This document shows, piece by piece, positions 1 through 10,171 of a stretch of 64,000 bases of DNA (its first letter is position 1; each line of letters begins with the position of its first letter). The translations under genes and the position numbers were made by a program. Below the pieces are notes generated by a model. It did not search any database and had not been told where the DNA came from. It saw nothing but the letters and a program-made list of their open reading frames with translations. Source of the DNA: Candidatus Binatia bacterium (GTDB taxonomy: Bacteria; Desulfobacterota; Binatia; Bin18); assembly GCA_963664395.2 (NCBI GenBank), contig OY761159.2:4576001-4640000 (forward strand). Direction: 5' to 3'.

Positions 1-2636
1 CGATCACGCCGGAGCCGCCAGTGGTGTCGGTGGCCTTGACCGTCACCGCATAGCTCTTATTCATCTCCGGCAGGGCCTCGTAGTCGTAGGACTGGCCCGC
101 CTTGGTCGTGAGCTGCCCCCCGGAGGCCCCCGACACAATGCTGAACCTGTCCGCGTCCACGCCCTCCAGGGTGTAGGTGATCGTGTCGTTGTCCGGATCC
201 GTGGCCATGAACGGCTCGCCGATATTGGCGTCGGACGTCTGGGTCGCCTCGCCCACCGTCTCGGGGATGCTGCGCGTCGCGGTGCTGTTCGTAAACACCG
301 GCTGATTGTTGGCCGTCGACCCGCTCCCCGGCTCTGACCAGGCGCTGTCCCCGTCGGCGTTGGTCGCTCGCATCTGCACCTGATACTCCGAGTTCCCGTC
401 GAGACTCGAGATGCTCGCGCGCGTGCCGGTCTGGTTCTGCGGCCCGTCGGTCCAGTCGGTTTCGGTGCTCTTCTTGTACTGCAGGTCGTAGCTCGTAATC
501 GACGGCCGGCCGGTGTTGTTCGGCGCCGTCCAGGTCACGTCGAGGCTCGTCGTACTCCCCGGAGTCGTCGTGACCGTCGGCGCCACCGGCGTCAGCGGTA
601 TCTCGGTCGCGTTCATGACGGTGATGGTCACCGCAATCGTGTCGCTCCCCGTGCCGTCACTCGCCCTGACCGTCACCGCATAGCTCGCCTTCGCCTCGCG
701 GTCGTAGGCCTCACCGCGCTTGGTCCGGAGCTGCCCTGTCCCCGGGACGATGGTGAACTTGCCCGCGTCCGTGCCTTCGAGGCTGTACTCCAGCGTTTCC
801 ATGTCGGCATCCATCGCAGTGACCGGCGCGCCCACGTCGCCCGCCGTCTGCACGGTTGTATCGCCCACCGTCTCGGCGATACTGCGCGTCGCGGTGCTGT
901 TCGTAAACACCGGCGCATTGTTGGCCGTCCGGCCACTCCCCGGGGGGGATGACCAGTCGCTGTCCCCGGCGGCGTTGGTGGCTCGCACCTGGACCTGATA
1001 CGCCGAATTCGCATCGAGGCTCGCGATGCTCGCGCGCGGGCCGGGCACGTTCTGCGGCCCGTTGGTCCAGGTGCCGCTGGTGCCCTTGCGGTACTGCAGG
1101 TCGTACCCCGTGATCGCCGGGCGGCCCGTGTTCGACGGCGCTGTCCAGGTCACGTCGAGGCTCCTCGGGCTCCCCGCAGTCGCCGACACCATCGGCGCCA
1201 CCGGCGTCAGCGGTCTCTCGGTCTCGTTCGTGACGGTGATGGTCACCGCAATGGTATCCGTGCCGCCCTCGCCGTCATCGGCCTTGAGCGTCACCGTATA
1301 GCTCGTCCTCGTCTCGTAGTCGTAGGACTGGCCCGCCTTGGTCGTGAGCTGCCCCCCGGAGGGCCCCGACATAATTCTGAACTTGCCCGCGTCCGTCCCT
1401 TCCAGGGTATAGGTCAGCGTATCGGTGGTGTCGGCATCCATCGCGGTGACCGGCGCGCCGATAGTGGCGGCCGTCTGCACCGTCCTCGCGGCGAACGTCT
1501 CGGGGATACTGCGCGTCGCGGTGCTGCTCGCAAACACCGGCGGGGCGTTGGTGTTGTTGGTCACACTCTCGTTCATCAGCGCCGCCGCGTCGTTGCCGAC
1601 AGTGTCCTGCACCGGGTTGCTTCCCGGCACGGTGTAGGTCACCGTCACGGTTTGCTCGGCGGTCACCGCCGTCCCCAGCGTCAGGGTGACCGTCATGCCG
1701 CTCACGTCCACGCTCGACGGCGCCACGCCGGTCCCCCCGGCCACGGACACCGAGTAGTCGCTCGTCGCCGGCTCCGAGCTCGTGTCCAGCGCTTCGTCGT
1801 AGGTCAGCACCAGGGACGTCCCGTCCACCGTCGCCGTGCTCAGCGTCGGTACGGTGGTGTCGGTGCCGACGGTGCCGTTGATCTGTATACGCAACGGGCG
1901 TATAAAGGTCGGGTCATCCGGCTTCCAGCTTGCGTTGCTATGCTTCCTCTTGTGTTTCAGGTCAGCGAGGCTCCATCCGCTGGCTCCGCCGTCCTCCTCG
2001 GCGCCGTTTAACACCCACGCAATGCCATAATAACTGAAGTCAAAGTCTGACGGCGCCGGCTCGCCGACGCCGACGTTCTCAAACACGACGAAATAATCCG
2101 TGTCCGCATCAAGGGTCGCATTGGCGGCGGCGGTGAAGGTATTCTTCCCCTCTTCGCAAGACGTAAATTCAGGACCCCAGCCGGCGTGGACAAGCGGCGA
2201 CGGGTTGGGCAGCATGTGCAGGCTCGTCCCGAGATTGCCGTCCGGGCCGACCGTGGGATTGCCGTCCGGGCCGACCGTGTGGATGCTTACCTGCGGCGTG
2301 GCGTATTCGCCTATGAAAATGAGACAGGTGTCAACCGACGTAATCGTGTACCCGCCTGCGGCGGAGCCTGTCGTGAATTTCTGCGCAGCCGCGACCCCGC
2401 CCTCATTGAATTCATCCTCGGGGAAGTCTACGCCGAAATATTCAAGCGGGTACTGGTGCGTCAAGGAGTGTGGTCAGATTGCTGACAAGCTTGTCGGCAC
2501 GCGCCTCTCCGGCGCCGCCCGCCAGGACGGTGACAAGCAGCAGCAGCCCGGCCAGGGCGCGGCGCATCAGGCGCACTCTGGGGGGGAGTTGGGGAACGTA
2601 TCGCACTATGCGTTGTTGGGAATCCTGGCCTTGCAT
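1..2636 (-). CDS. Large secreted adhesin-like protein (signal peptide, choice-of-anchor-R-like domain, SwmB-like repeat, alternating cadherin-like and FN3 domains); 3'-partial, with a frameshift at about 2445-2473
   Basis: RBS GGAGGAG precedes ATG at 2636. The signal peptide ...ALAGLLLLVTVLAGGAGEARA-DKLVSN is in one frame, which stops at 2442. A second frame continues AAQKFTTGSAAGGYTITSVD, TSLVLTYDEALD, cadherin-like (APVTAMDAD...YDYETRTSYTVT) and FN3 (SLDVTWTAPSNTGRPAITGYDLQYR) units to the window edge. Confidence 0.85.
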
Positions 2637-2785
2637 CGCTCTCCTCCATCTGTACCGCTCATCCGCCCGCCCCCCGACGCCGCGCCGGAGCGAAAAATAG
2701 TGTGGGGGGAAGTCCATGTGTTTTCCTGGTTAGAATTTTTCAAACTGTGACTCGACTCATCGTGGGTTGAGAAGAGCCCTCTATC

Positions 2786-2866
2786 CTGCTACCCCATTCC
2801 GCTCCCCCTGTCCCCTCCAAAATGGGAGGAATTTTCACCAAACACTACCGGGGGCGGCGTACCAAT
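2786..2866 (-). promoter_or_regulatory. Conserved upstream element of surface-protein genes (copy 1)
   Basis: GTGAAAATTCCTCCCATTTTGGAGGGGACA-N17-TAGCAG matches 29746-29795 at 41 of 50 positions by hand count. Contains the palindrome CCTCC-N6-GGAGG. Confidence 0.65.
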
Positions 2867-3019
2867 TCAGACGACGCCGCCGAGCGGGCGGGCGGGGAAA
2901 CGAGGCGGCGCGGGCGGGCCAGAACGGGGAGGAAAAGGCCATGCCAGCCCCTGCTAATTCTCGACTTGTGACCTGCCGGTGTGATAATCTCCGTCTGGCC
3001 TGAGCCAAAGGGGGAACGC

Positions 3020-3325
3020 ATGCATACCGTCTACAAGATCAGCGCGGACGACCAGGACGTGGTCGAAGAGTTCAACGCCAAGCCGATTGGCCATCACAGT
3101 CCCGCTTTACAGCGCGTGCTGAACGTCATTCGCGGCCAGCCGGTCCGGGATAAATATGTGCTCATCTGCACCAAACCACATAAGGAGTGGACGATTGGTC
3201 AGCTCACCGGTGAACGCGGTAAGCCGGTCAGAATTTTCAAGAATCAGGTCTTCAGCACGGTTGAAGATGCGGAGCGGGAAATCTTTCGGCGTCGGTGGAA
3301 TTTGCATACCGGAACGAAAGGCTGA
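3020..3325 (+). CDS. N,N-dimethylformamidase small-subunit-like protein
   Basis: EEFNAKPIGHHSPALQRVLN...EDAEREIFRRRW pattern; about 100 aa directly upstream of the large subunit. Confidence 0.75.
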   Translation: MHTVYKISADDQDVVEEFNAKPIGHHSPALQRVLNVIRGQPVRDKYVLICTKPHKEWTIGQLTGERGKPVRIFKNQVFSTVEDAEREIFRRRWNLHTGTKG

Positions 3326-3358
3326 TCGGACGGAAGCCTACCAACAAAAGGAAGACGT

Positions 3359-5596
3359 ATGAAAATTACTGGCTATGCCGACAAAATCAGCGCGCGCCCC
3401 GGTGAAACCATTCGGTTCATGGTGAACTGCGAACGACCACGCTACCGGGCCGACATCGTTCGTCTGGTCTGCGGCGATCTGAATCCCGAGGGTCCGGGAA
3501 TCAGAGAACAGGTCGTGCCAACACCGGCCAATACATCGTATAAGGGCCGTCCCCAGACGATCGAATCCGGCTCGTATGTATTGATCCCGAACAGCCCGCT
3601 GCTACAGAACCTCAAGAGCTTTACCGTCCAGGCCATGCTGTGGCCGACCACGCCGGACAGCGGCACCCAGGCCATTGTGTCGAAGTGGCAGGATCGGCGG
3701 CGGTCGGGCTTTGCGCTGGTGATTCGGGCCGGACGGCCGGCCCTTCAGCTAGGAGACGGGAAAGGCAATGTCGAGGTCGTGAGCACCACCAAACCACTCC
3801 TCGCCCGGCAGTGGTATTTTGTGGCGGCGAGTTATGACGCGGAAACCCGGCGGGTCACGCTGTATCAAGAACCCCAGACCGACTATCCCACGGTCTCGGA
3901 CGCGGCCTGCGTCCGGAAAAAAACCCAGCTCGCCCAAATGGGCTCCAACCAGGCCGGGCTGATGTTTGCCGCGCTACGGACAGGTTCAGGTCAAGGCAAG
4001 CTCGACTATAAATTCAACGGCAAAATAGACAGCCCGCGCCTGGCCAACCGCGTCCTGGATCGGTCTGAGATGGAACGACTGAAGAGCGGCGTCCCGGCCC
4101 ATCTCCAGGAGAGCGTGGTCGGTGCTTGGGATTTTTCCCAGGATATCAGTGCGACCACGGTGACCGATATTTCTCCCAATCGACTGCACGGTGAGACCGT
4201 CAACATGCCGGCGCGGGGCATGAAGGGTTATAACTGGAGCGGCGAGAGCATGGACTGGAAACAGGCGCCGGAACAGTACGGGGCGATCCATTTCCACGAT
4301 GACGATGTGTATGACGCCGGCTGGGAGGTCGATTTTTCGCTGACCGTTCCAGCGGAGCTCAAGAGCGGCCTGTACGCCGCCCGGCTGCGTTCAGGAACCG
4401 AGGAGGATTATATTCCGTTTGTCGTCAAACCGACCAAAGGCAAGGAAAAAAAGCTGGCCTTTCTGCTCCCCACCGCCAGCTATATGGCCTATGCCAACGA
4501 ACATATGGCGACCAACGCCGGCATGATGGAGCTACTCAGCGGTCGCCTGGCTCCACTCGATAGGAACAGTCTGTTTCTCAACGAACACCGCGAGTATGGC
4601 GGCTCGTGCTATGACTCGCACTCGGACGGCTCGGGCGTGTGTTATTCGTCCCGCCTGCGGCCCATTCTGAATATGCGGCCCAAGCATATGTCCGCGCTGG
4701 GCGGGGACGGATCGTCCTTGTGGCAGTTTAATGCGGACACCCATATTACCGACTGGCTTGAGGCCCAGGGTTATGACTTTGATGTGATTACCGATGAAGA
4801 TTTGCACTATGAAGGGCTCGCCCTGCTGAAGCCTTACCAGGTGATTCTGTCCGGCACCCATCCGGAATACCACTCTCTCCAGATGTGGGACGCGATGAAA
4901 GCCTACCAGAATCAGGGCGGTCGGCTGATGTATATGGGTGCCAACGGCTGGTATTGGCGGGTGGCCTTTCATCCCGACTGTCCCGGTCTCATGGAAGTGC
5001 GGCGCAACGAGGGCGGCATTCGGACCTGGGCCGCCGAGCCGGGCGAGTACTATCACAGCTTTACGGGTGAATACGGCGGCCTGTGGCGCAATCAGGGCCG
5101 CGCCCCCCAGGTCATGCTGGGCACGGGGTTCAGCGCCCAAGGCTTTGACATTTCAGCGCCGTATCACCGCCTGCCGGACAGTTTTCAGGCGCGGGCGGCT
5201 TTCATTTTTGCAGGCATAGGCAAAGACGAGGTCATTGGCGATTTCGGTCTGATCGGCGGCGGAGCCGCAGGCCTGGAGATAGACCGGGCGGACGAGCGCT
5301 TAGGCACCCCTCCGCACGCCCTGGTGCTGGCAACCTCCCAGGGCGGTCACACGGATATCTATCTGGTCGTGTGTGAGGAATTACTGGTCACTACACCGGG
5401 CTTGGGCGGGACCGAGAACGAACTGGTCCGGGCCGACATGGTGTTCTATGAAACCCCGAGCGGCGGGGCCGTATGGTCGTCGAGCTCGATTGCCTGGGCC
5501 GGCAGTCTGTCACACAATAGTTACGACAATAATGTTTCGCACATTACGCACAACGTGCTCAAGCGTTTTCTTGATCCGCAACCGTTCGTGCAGTGA
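3359..5596 (+). CDS. N,N-dimethylformamidase large (beta) subunit family protein with LamG-like domain
   Basis: Motifs AIHFHDDD, PTASYMAYAN, YDSHSDGSGVCYSSRLRP, GTHPEY, MGANGWYW; 745 aa. Confidence 0.9.
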   Translation: MKITGYADKISARPGETIRFMVNCERPRYRADIVRLVCGDLNPEGPGIREQVVPTPANTSYKGRPQTIESGSYVLIPNSPLLQNLKSFTVQAMLWPTTPDSGTQAIVSKWQDRRRSGFALVIRAGRPALQLGDGKGNVEVVSTTKPLLARQWYFVAASYDAETRRVTLYQEPQTDYPTVSDAACVRKKTQLAQMGSNQAGLMFAALRTGSGQGKLDYKFNGKIDSPRLANRVLDRSEMERLKSGVPAHLQESVVGAWDFSQDISATTVTDISPNRLHGETVNMPARGMKGYNWSGESMDWKQAPEQYGAIHFHDDDVYDAGWEVDFSLTVPAELKSGLYAARLRSGTEEDYIPFVVKPTKGKEKKLAFLLPTASYMAYANEHMATNAGMMELLSGRLAPLDRNSLFLNEHREYGGSCYDSHSDGSGVCYSSRLRPILNMRPKHMSALGGDGSSLWQFNADTHITDWLEAQGYDFDVITDEDLHYEGLALLKPYQVILSGTHPEYHSLQMWDAMKAYQNQGGRLMYMGANGWYWRVAFHPDCPGLMEVRRNEGGIRTWAAEPGEYYHSFTGEYGGLWRNQGRAPQVMLGTGFSAQGFDISAPYHRLPDSFQARAAFIFAGIGKDEVIGDFGLIGGGAAGLEIDRADERLGTPPHALVLATSQGGHTDIYLVVCEELLVTTPGLGGTENELVRADMVFYETPSGGAVWSSSSIAWAGSLSHNSYDNNVSHITHNVLKRFLDPQPFVQ

Positions 5597-5640
5597 CGCG
5601 GGGTCAGGGGAGCGGTCCAGTGAACGGTCGAAGGAGCAGT

Positions 5641-6672
5641 ATGCCGACAGCTCAAGACAAACACGAAATACAGGCAGCCTATGCGGTCCCGGGTGAAGAG
5701 ATTCCTGTCATGGATATTGGCCCCTATTTGGCCGGAGCGCCGGGTGCGGCCGAGGCGGCTGCCGGGGAAATGCGGTATGCCCTGGAACAGATCGGTTTCT
5801 TTTTTATTGTCAATCATGGCCTGCCGGCCGCCCTGCGTGAGCGGGTGATAGCAGCCAGCGCTCACTTTTATGCACTCCCCCTTGAACAGAAAATGGGGCT
5901 CAAGATTAATCATGCCGGCGTTGGCTATATTCCCCATCGCGGTGAGTTTGGCAAGCACTCGCGCTATTACACCGGGCAAAAGAAACCCGATGTGAGTGAA
6001 GCCTTTCTGCTGCAACGGGATTGGCCGCCCTGCCCGGCTCGGAATCGTAACCAATGGCCTGAAGGAGAAGGCGAATTTCAACACGCCATGCGGGAGTACT
6101 TTGATGCCGCAACGGCCTTGAGTCAGCGTATGCTGCCCCTGTATGCGTGCGCGCTCGATTTGGCACCGGACTTTTTTCTGGACAAATTTCCGACCGACCG
6201 CGCCTTGAATGTGCTGCGCATTTCCCATATGCCGCCCGACCCGCTTCAAGACAATGAGTTTAATATCTGTCCGCACAGCGATGGCTCGTTTGCCACCTTG
6301 CTCGCGACCTCGGACCAGCCCGGTCTGGAAATCCTGTCGCAGACGGGCCGCTGGATCAAAGCCCCGCTGATCCCGGATGCTTTTGTCGTCAACTCGGGCG
6401 ATCTCCTCACGCGTTGGTCAAACGGACGGTTTCTCTCAACCCCCCATCGCGTACGCAATGTATCGGGGACTCACCGCTATTCTACCTCGTTTTTCTTTCA
6501 GCCTACCGCAGAAACACTCATTGACTGTTTGCCAACCTGCTGCGGACCGGATAATCCGCCGAAAAAGCCGCCGATTACGTGTGGGGCGTATATGAAGAAA
6601 TTTCTGGAGGCGAGCTTCGCTTTGGGTGACAGCATGTACACTGCGGAGGGCGAGCTTGTTTCCGCCTCTTGA
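5641..6672 (+). CDS. Isopenicillin N synthase family 2OG-Fe(II) oxygenase (paralog 1)
   Basis: IPVMDI, GFFFIVNHG, HSD...H facial triad (PHSD; TPHRV) and RYS motif; RBS GGAG before ATG 5641. Confidence 0.9.
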   Translation: MPTAQDKHEIQAAYAVPGEEIPVMDIGPYLAGAPGAAEAAAGEMRYALEQIGFFFIVNHGLPAALRERVIAASAHFYALPLEQKMGLKINHAGVGYIPHRGEFGKHSRYYTGQKKPDVSEAFLLQRDWPPCPARNRNQWPEGEGEFQHAMREYFDAATALSQRMLPLYACALDLAPDFFLDKFPTDRALNVLRISHMPPDPLQDNEFNICPHSDGSFATLLATSDQPGLEILSQTGRWIKAPLIPDAFVVNSGDLLTRWSNGRFLSTPHRVRNVSGTHRYSTSFFFQPTAETLIDCLPTCCGPDNPPKKPPITCGAYMKKFLEASFALGDSMYTAEGELVSAS

Positions 6673-6729
6673 GCAAACCCCAACTTTGTTACACCCTATC
6701 GTTTTCAGACTGTCTTTTTGGAGGGGATT

Positions 6730-7761
6730 ATGCAGGCCGTTCAAGACAAACACGAATTGCAAGAAGAATACACGATTACCGGGGAAACCATTCCTCTTAT
6801 TGACCTCGGCCCTTTCTTGGCTGAAGAACCGGGGGCAGCCCACACAACCGCCAATGAGATGCGCGACGCCCTCGAACGCATCGGCTTCTTTTTCATTATT
6901 AATCACGGCATCCCGCAATCTCTCCGAGATAAAATGGTGAAGGCTACTGCCCGCTTTTATGCCCTACCCCTTGAACAAAAAATGGCACTCAAAGTGAATG
7001 AAGAAGGCAACGGCTATGTACCGACCCGTGGGGAACTGCCGAAAACCTCGTCATACTACTCCGGAACCAGGAAGCCCGATGTGAGCGAGGCATATCTTCT
7101 CCAGCGTGACTGGGGTCCCAGGCATCGGCCCACGCAGAACCAATGGCCGGAGAGTGAGAACGACTTTCGCAATACCGTGATGGAATTCTTTGATGCCGCG
7201 GAAGATTTGAGTATCCGCATGTTGTCGCTGTATGCTCTGGCTCTGGACCTGGAGCCGGATTTTTTTGACGACAAATTTACCAAGTATCAAGGTTTGAACT
7301 TTTTGCGCGTTGCGCGTATGCCACCCGACAGGCTGGATGAAGATGAATTTAACGTGGGGCCGCACACGGACAGCTCGTTCGTCACCATACTCGCCACGTC
7401 AGACCAACCTGGACTAGAAATTCTCACCCAATCCGGTCGCTGGCTGAAAATGCCGCTCATTCCGAATGCTTTTGTTATCAATTCCGGGGATATGCTGACC
7501 CGCTGGTCAAACGGCCGCGTGCTCTCCACCCCACATCGGGTAATTAACGCCTCGGATACCTATCGCTATTCCATTCCGTTCTTCTTGCATCCAACCCCAG
7601 AGACAGTCATCGAATGTCTCCCCACGTGTTGTGGGCCGGATAATCCGGCCAAAGAGCCACCCATTACCAGCGCAGCTTATTTGCAGTGGTTTCTGGAAGA
7701 GAATTTTGCCTTGGGAGACAAAGTCTATAACGAGGCCGGGGAGCAGGTGACGGCTTCGTAA
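6730..7761 (+). CDS. Isopenicillin N synthase family 2OG-Fe(II) oxygenase (paralog 2)
   Basis: IPLIDL, GFFFIINHG, PHTD, TPHRV, RYS; colinear with the upstream paralog. Confidence 0.9.
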   Translation: MQAVQDKHELQEEYTITGETIPLIDLGPFLAEEPGAAHTTANEMRDALERIGFFFIINHGIPQSLRDKMVKATARFYALPLEQKMALKVNEEGNGYVPTRGELPKTSSYYSGTRKPDVSEAYLLQRDWGPRHRPTQNQWPESENDFRNTVMEFFDAAEDLSIRMLSLYALALDLEPDFFDDKFTKYQGLNFLRVARMPPDRLDEDEFNVGPHTDSSFVTILATSDQPGLEILTQSGRWLKMPLIPNAFVINSGDMLTRWSNGRVLSTPHRVINASDTYRYSIPFFLHPTPETVIECLPTCCGPDNPAKEPPITSAAYLQWFLEENFALGDKVYNEAGEQVTAS

Positions 7762-7766
7762 ACGGC

Positions 7767-8924
7767 CTAAAACCCCAACTCCATTGCGGCCAACAGTTCC
7801 AGCACCTCGTCGCGCTTGAGGGTATGCAGGGGTGCGGAGCGCAGGTCGCGAAAGGCCCGCTCCACCGGGCTGCCCTTCAGGTAGCCGAGCCCGCCGGCCA
7901 CGCGGGTCGCCAGATTGCCGACTTCCAGCATGTTTTCGGCCATATAGGTGCGTAACATCTCAACCGTGGGAATCTGCCGCTCACCATACGGACGTTGCTC
8001 TGATATTTCTCGGGCGGTGGTGTACAGCAGCGTGCGGCAGGCTTCCAGGCGGTTGTACATTTCGCCCAGGGCAAACCGATTCCAGGCCAAATCGCCAACC
8101 CGCTGGCCGGTCTTTTGCACCTTGCGCGTCCGGGCGTATTCCAGGACGTGGGCGTACATGGACTGGCCGATGCCGAGATAGCAGGCGGAAAACGACAAAC
8201 AATACCAGTGCGCGACCTGAGAAAACTCCTCAAACAAGCGGCCTTCTTCACCAATGCGCTGCTCGGGCGTGGCAAAGACGTCCCGCATGGTAATCGTGTG
8301 ACTGCCGGTGGCCCGCATGCCCATGGCATCCCAGGTTTCCTCGACGTTCAAACCTGGCGTGTCGCGTGGCAGGAGAAAGACACAGCCCCCGGAGTCCGGG
8401 CCGGTATAGTCGGCCAGCGAGACGCTGATACCAAAATAATCCACCGCCGGGACGAGCGTGGCAAAGACCTTCTTGCCGTTGAGGATATAGCCGGCCTCGA
8501 CTGCGCGCGCGGTCGAGGCCGGCGACATGATCGAACGAGCGCCGCCGCTCTCGGTATAAAAGCCGTTCAGGAGCATTTTTTTACGGCCCACATTGCCCAG
8601 ATACAGATCTTTTTGCGCTTGCGTCATGAACGGCGTGTAAAAGCCGACGCTATTGCAGTGCATATTGATGGCAAAGGCGGTGGCCGCGCAGCCTTGGACG
8701 AGCTGTTCCTGGGCCAGCACAAAAGTCAGCGGGCTGGCCTCCCAGCCGCCGAACTCCTGCGGCGTGGTCATTGTCGTGTAGCCAGTCTCCTTGAGCCGGG
8801 CGACGTTCTCAAAAGGAAAGCTGCCTTCACGGTCGTGCTGTTCGGCCCGTTCGGCAAATTCAGCCGCAAGCTCCTTGGCCAGATTGATAATACGCTCCTG
8901 GTCAGGCGTGAGATCGAGAAACAT
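7767..8924 (-). CDS. Acyl-CoA dehydrogenase family protein (may be a flavin-dependent monooxygenase-type member)
   Basis: FAERAEQHDREGSFP, LNGKKVFAT, WDAMGMRATGSH, GGLGY...VERAFRDLR. Confidence 0.85.
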   Translation of the reverse strand: MFLDLTPDQERIINLAKELAAEFAERAEQHDREGSFPFENVARLKETGYTTMTTPQEFGGWEASPLTFVLAQEQLVQGCAATAFAINMHCNSVGFYTPFMTQAQKDLYLGNVGRKKMLLNGFYTESGGARSIMSPASTARAVEAGYILNGKKVFATLVPAVDYFGISVSLADYTGPDSGGCVFLLPRDTPGLNVEETWDAMGMRATGSHTITMRDVFATPEQRIGEEGRLFEEFSQVAHWYCLSFSACYLGIGQSMYAHVLEYARTRKVQKTGQRVGDLAWNRFALGEMYNRLEACRTLLYTTAREISEQRPYGERQIPTVEMLRTYMAENMLEVGNLATRVAGGLGYLKGSPVERAFRDLRSAPLHTLKRDEVLELLAAMELGF

Positions 8925-10083
8925 GGCACCCTCCTTCGTCATTGTATCCGCGCGGGATGTGGTTCGCCGTCCGCTGTACTTGTTCACGCAAAAAAGCCGT
9001 TCGACCAACGAGCTTAAACACGCCCGTCCTCAAACGTTCCGGCCATAAGGTCGAATGATTATAGATACGCGCCAAACGCTGAGTGTGCTCGGTCAACGGC
9101 CGTTCGCGTTGTTCCCACAAGGAGAGACCGGACGCAACATCAGCCGATTCCGCTAAGGCAACGGCAAGAGCAAGGGCATTCATCATTGCGGTCCCCCCAC
9201 CCTGCCCCAAATCTGGAGGCATAGCATGGGCGGCGTCGCCGATAATGGCGACTCGTCCCGCAGACCAACGCGAGAGTTGGATAATAAGAAAGCGTGCCCA
9301 CAGTACCCGCTCCCAATCGGTATCCCGCCCAACGCGCTCCATGACCGCGCTCAAATGGGAAAAAGCCTCCTGCCAGGACGGGACGTCGAGCGGTATCTGT
9401 TTGCCTGATGCATCGGAATCTTGACAGCTCAAGGCGAGGTACAGCTCATCGCGACTACACGGATTCGCGATGATCCGTCGCGTGCCTGACCAATATTCGT
9501 AGTTGACGGCTTCGTCTCCCGGCTCCAGCGCTTTTTCAGCAGCGCTCCGAGGAATGACCATACGGCACGCTCCGCCGGCCTGGAGGACAATTCGGTTGAC
9601 TCTAATACCGATGGCATCGCGCACGCGCGAGTTGACCCCCTCAGCCCCGATGACCAGATCGGCTTTGCAGACCTGGCCATTCTCCAACACTAATTGTCCA
9701 TCCGGCTTGGCAGCCACAACCGGAGAGTCCACCAGGACCTCAACCCCACGCTGCTCGGCCGCCTCGGCTAATATCGCAATAAGATGCTGGCGGGAGATGC
9801 GATAGAGCGCACTCGCAGGAGTCAAGGCGAGGGTTGTCTCGTTTCGGACGTTCCGCGTTTCCAGGCGGCTGATTCGCATGGCTCCCTCTACGGCAGCCTC
9901 AAAAACGCCGAGCGCTTTGAGGACCTTCACACCATTGCCGTGGATGGTCAACGCAAATCCTTCGGCTCGCAAAAAAGGAGTCCGTTCATGCACACGCACG
10001 CTCCAACCACGATCAGCCAGGGCAATAGCGGCCACAAGGCCGGCAAAGCCGGCTCCAGCAATTTCAGCGTGTCTGGTTGCCAT
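8902..10083 (-). CDS. FAD-dependent monooxygenase resembling 2-methyl-3-hydroxypyridine-5-carboxylate oxygenase
   Basis: AEIAGAGFAGL FAD motif, ADLVIGAEG, GDAAHAMPPDLGQGG. Confidence 0.85.
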   Translation of the reverse strand: MATRHAEIAGAGFAGLVAAIALADRGWSVRVHERTPFLRAEGFALTIHGNGVKVLKALGVFEAAVEGAMRISRLETRNVRNETTLALTPASALYRISRQHLIAILAEAAEQRGVEVLVDSPVVAAKPDGQLVLENGQVCKADLVIGAEGVNSRVRDAIGIRVNRIVLQAGGACRMVIPRSAAEKALEPGDEAVNYEYWSGTRRIIANPCSRDELYLALSCQDSDASGKQIPLDVPSWQEAFSHLSAVMERVGRDTDWERVLWARFLIIQLSRWSAGRVAIIGDAAHAMPPDLGQGGGTAMMNALALAVALAESADVASGLSLWEQRERPLTEHTQRLARIYNHSTLWPERLRTGVFKLVGRTAFLREQVQRTANHIPRGYNDEGGCHVSRSHA

Positions 10084-10171
10084 ACATCTGCTTCTACGTT
10101 GGAAAAAGCGGCCCGAGAGCGTACAGTGTCCGGTTCACAAGGACAGCCACTTTTTCAAAAGAGGGGCAACT

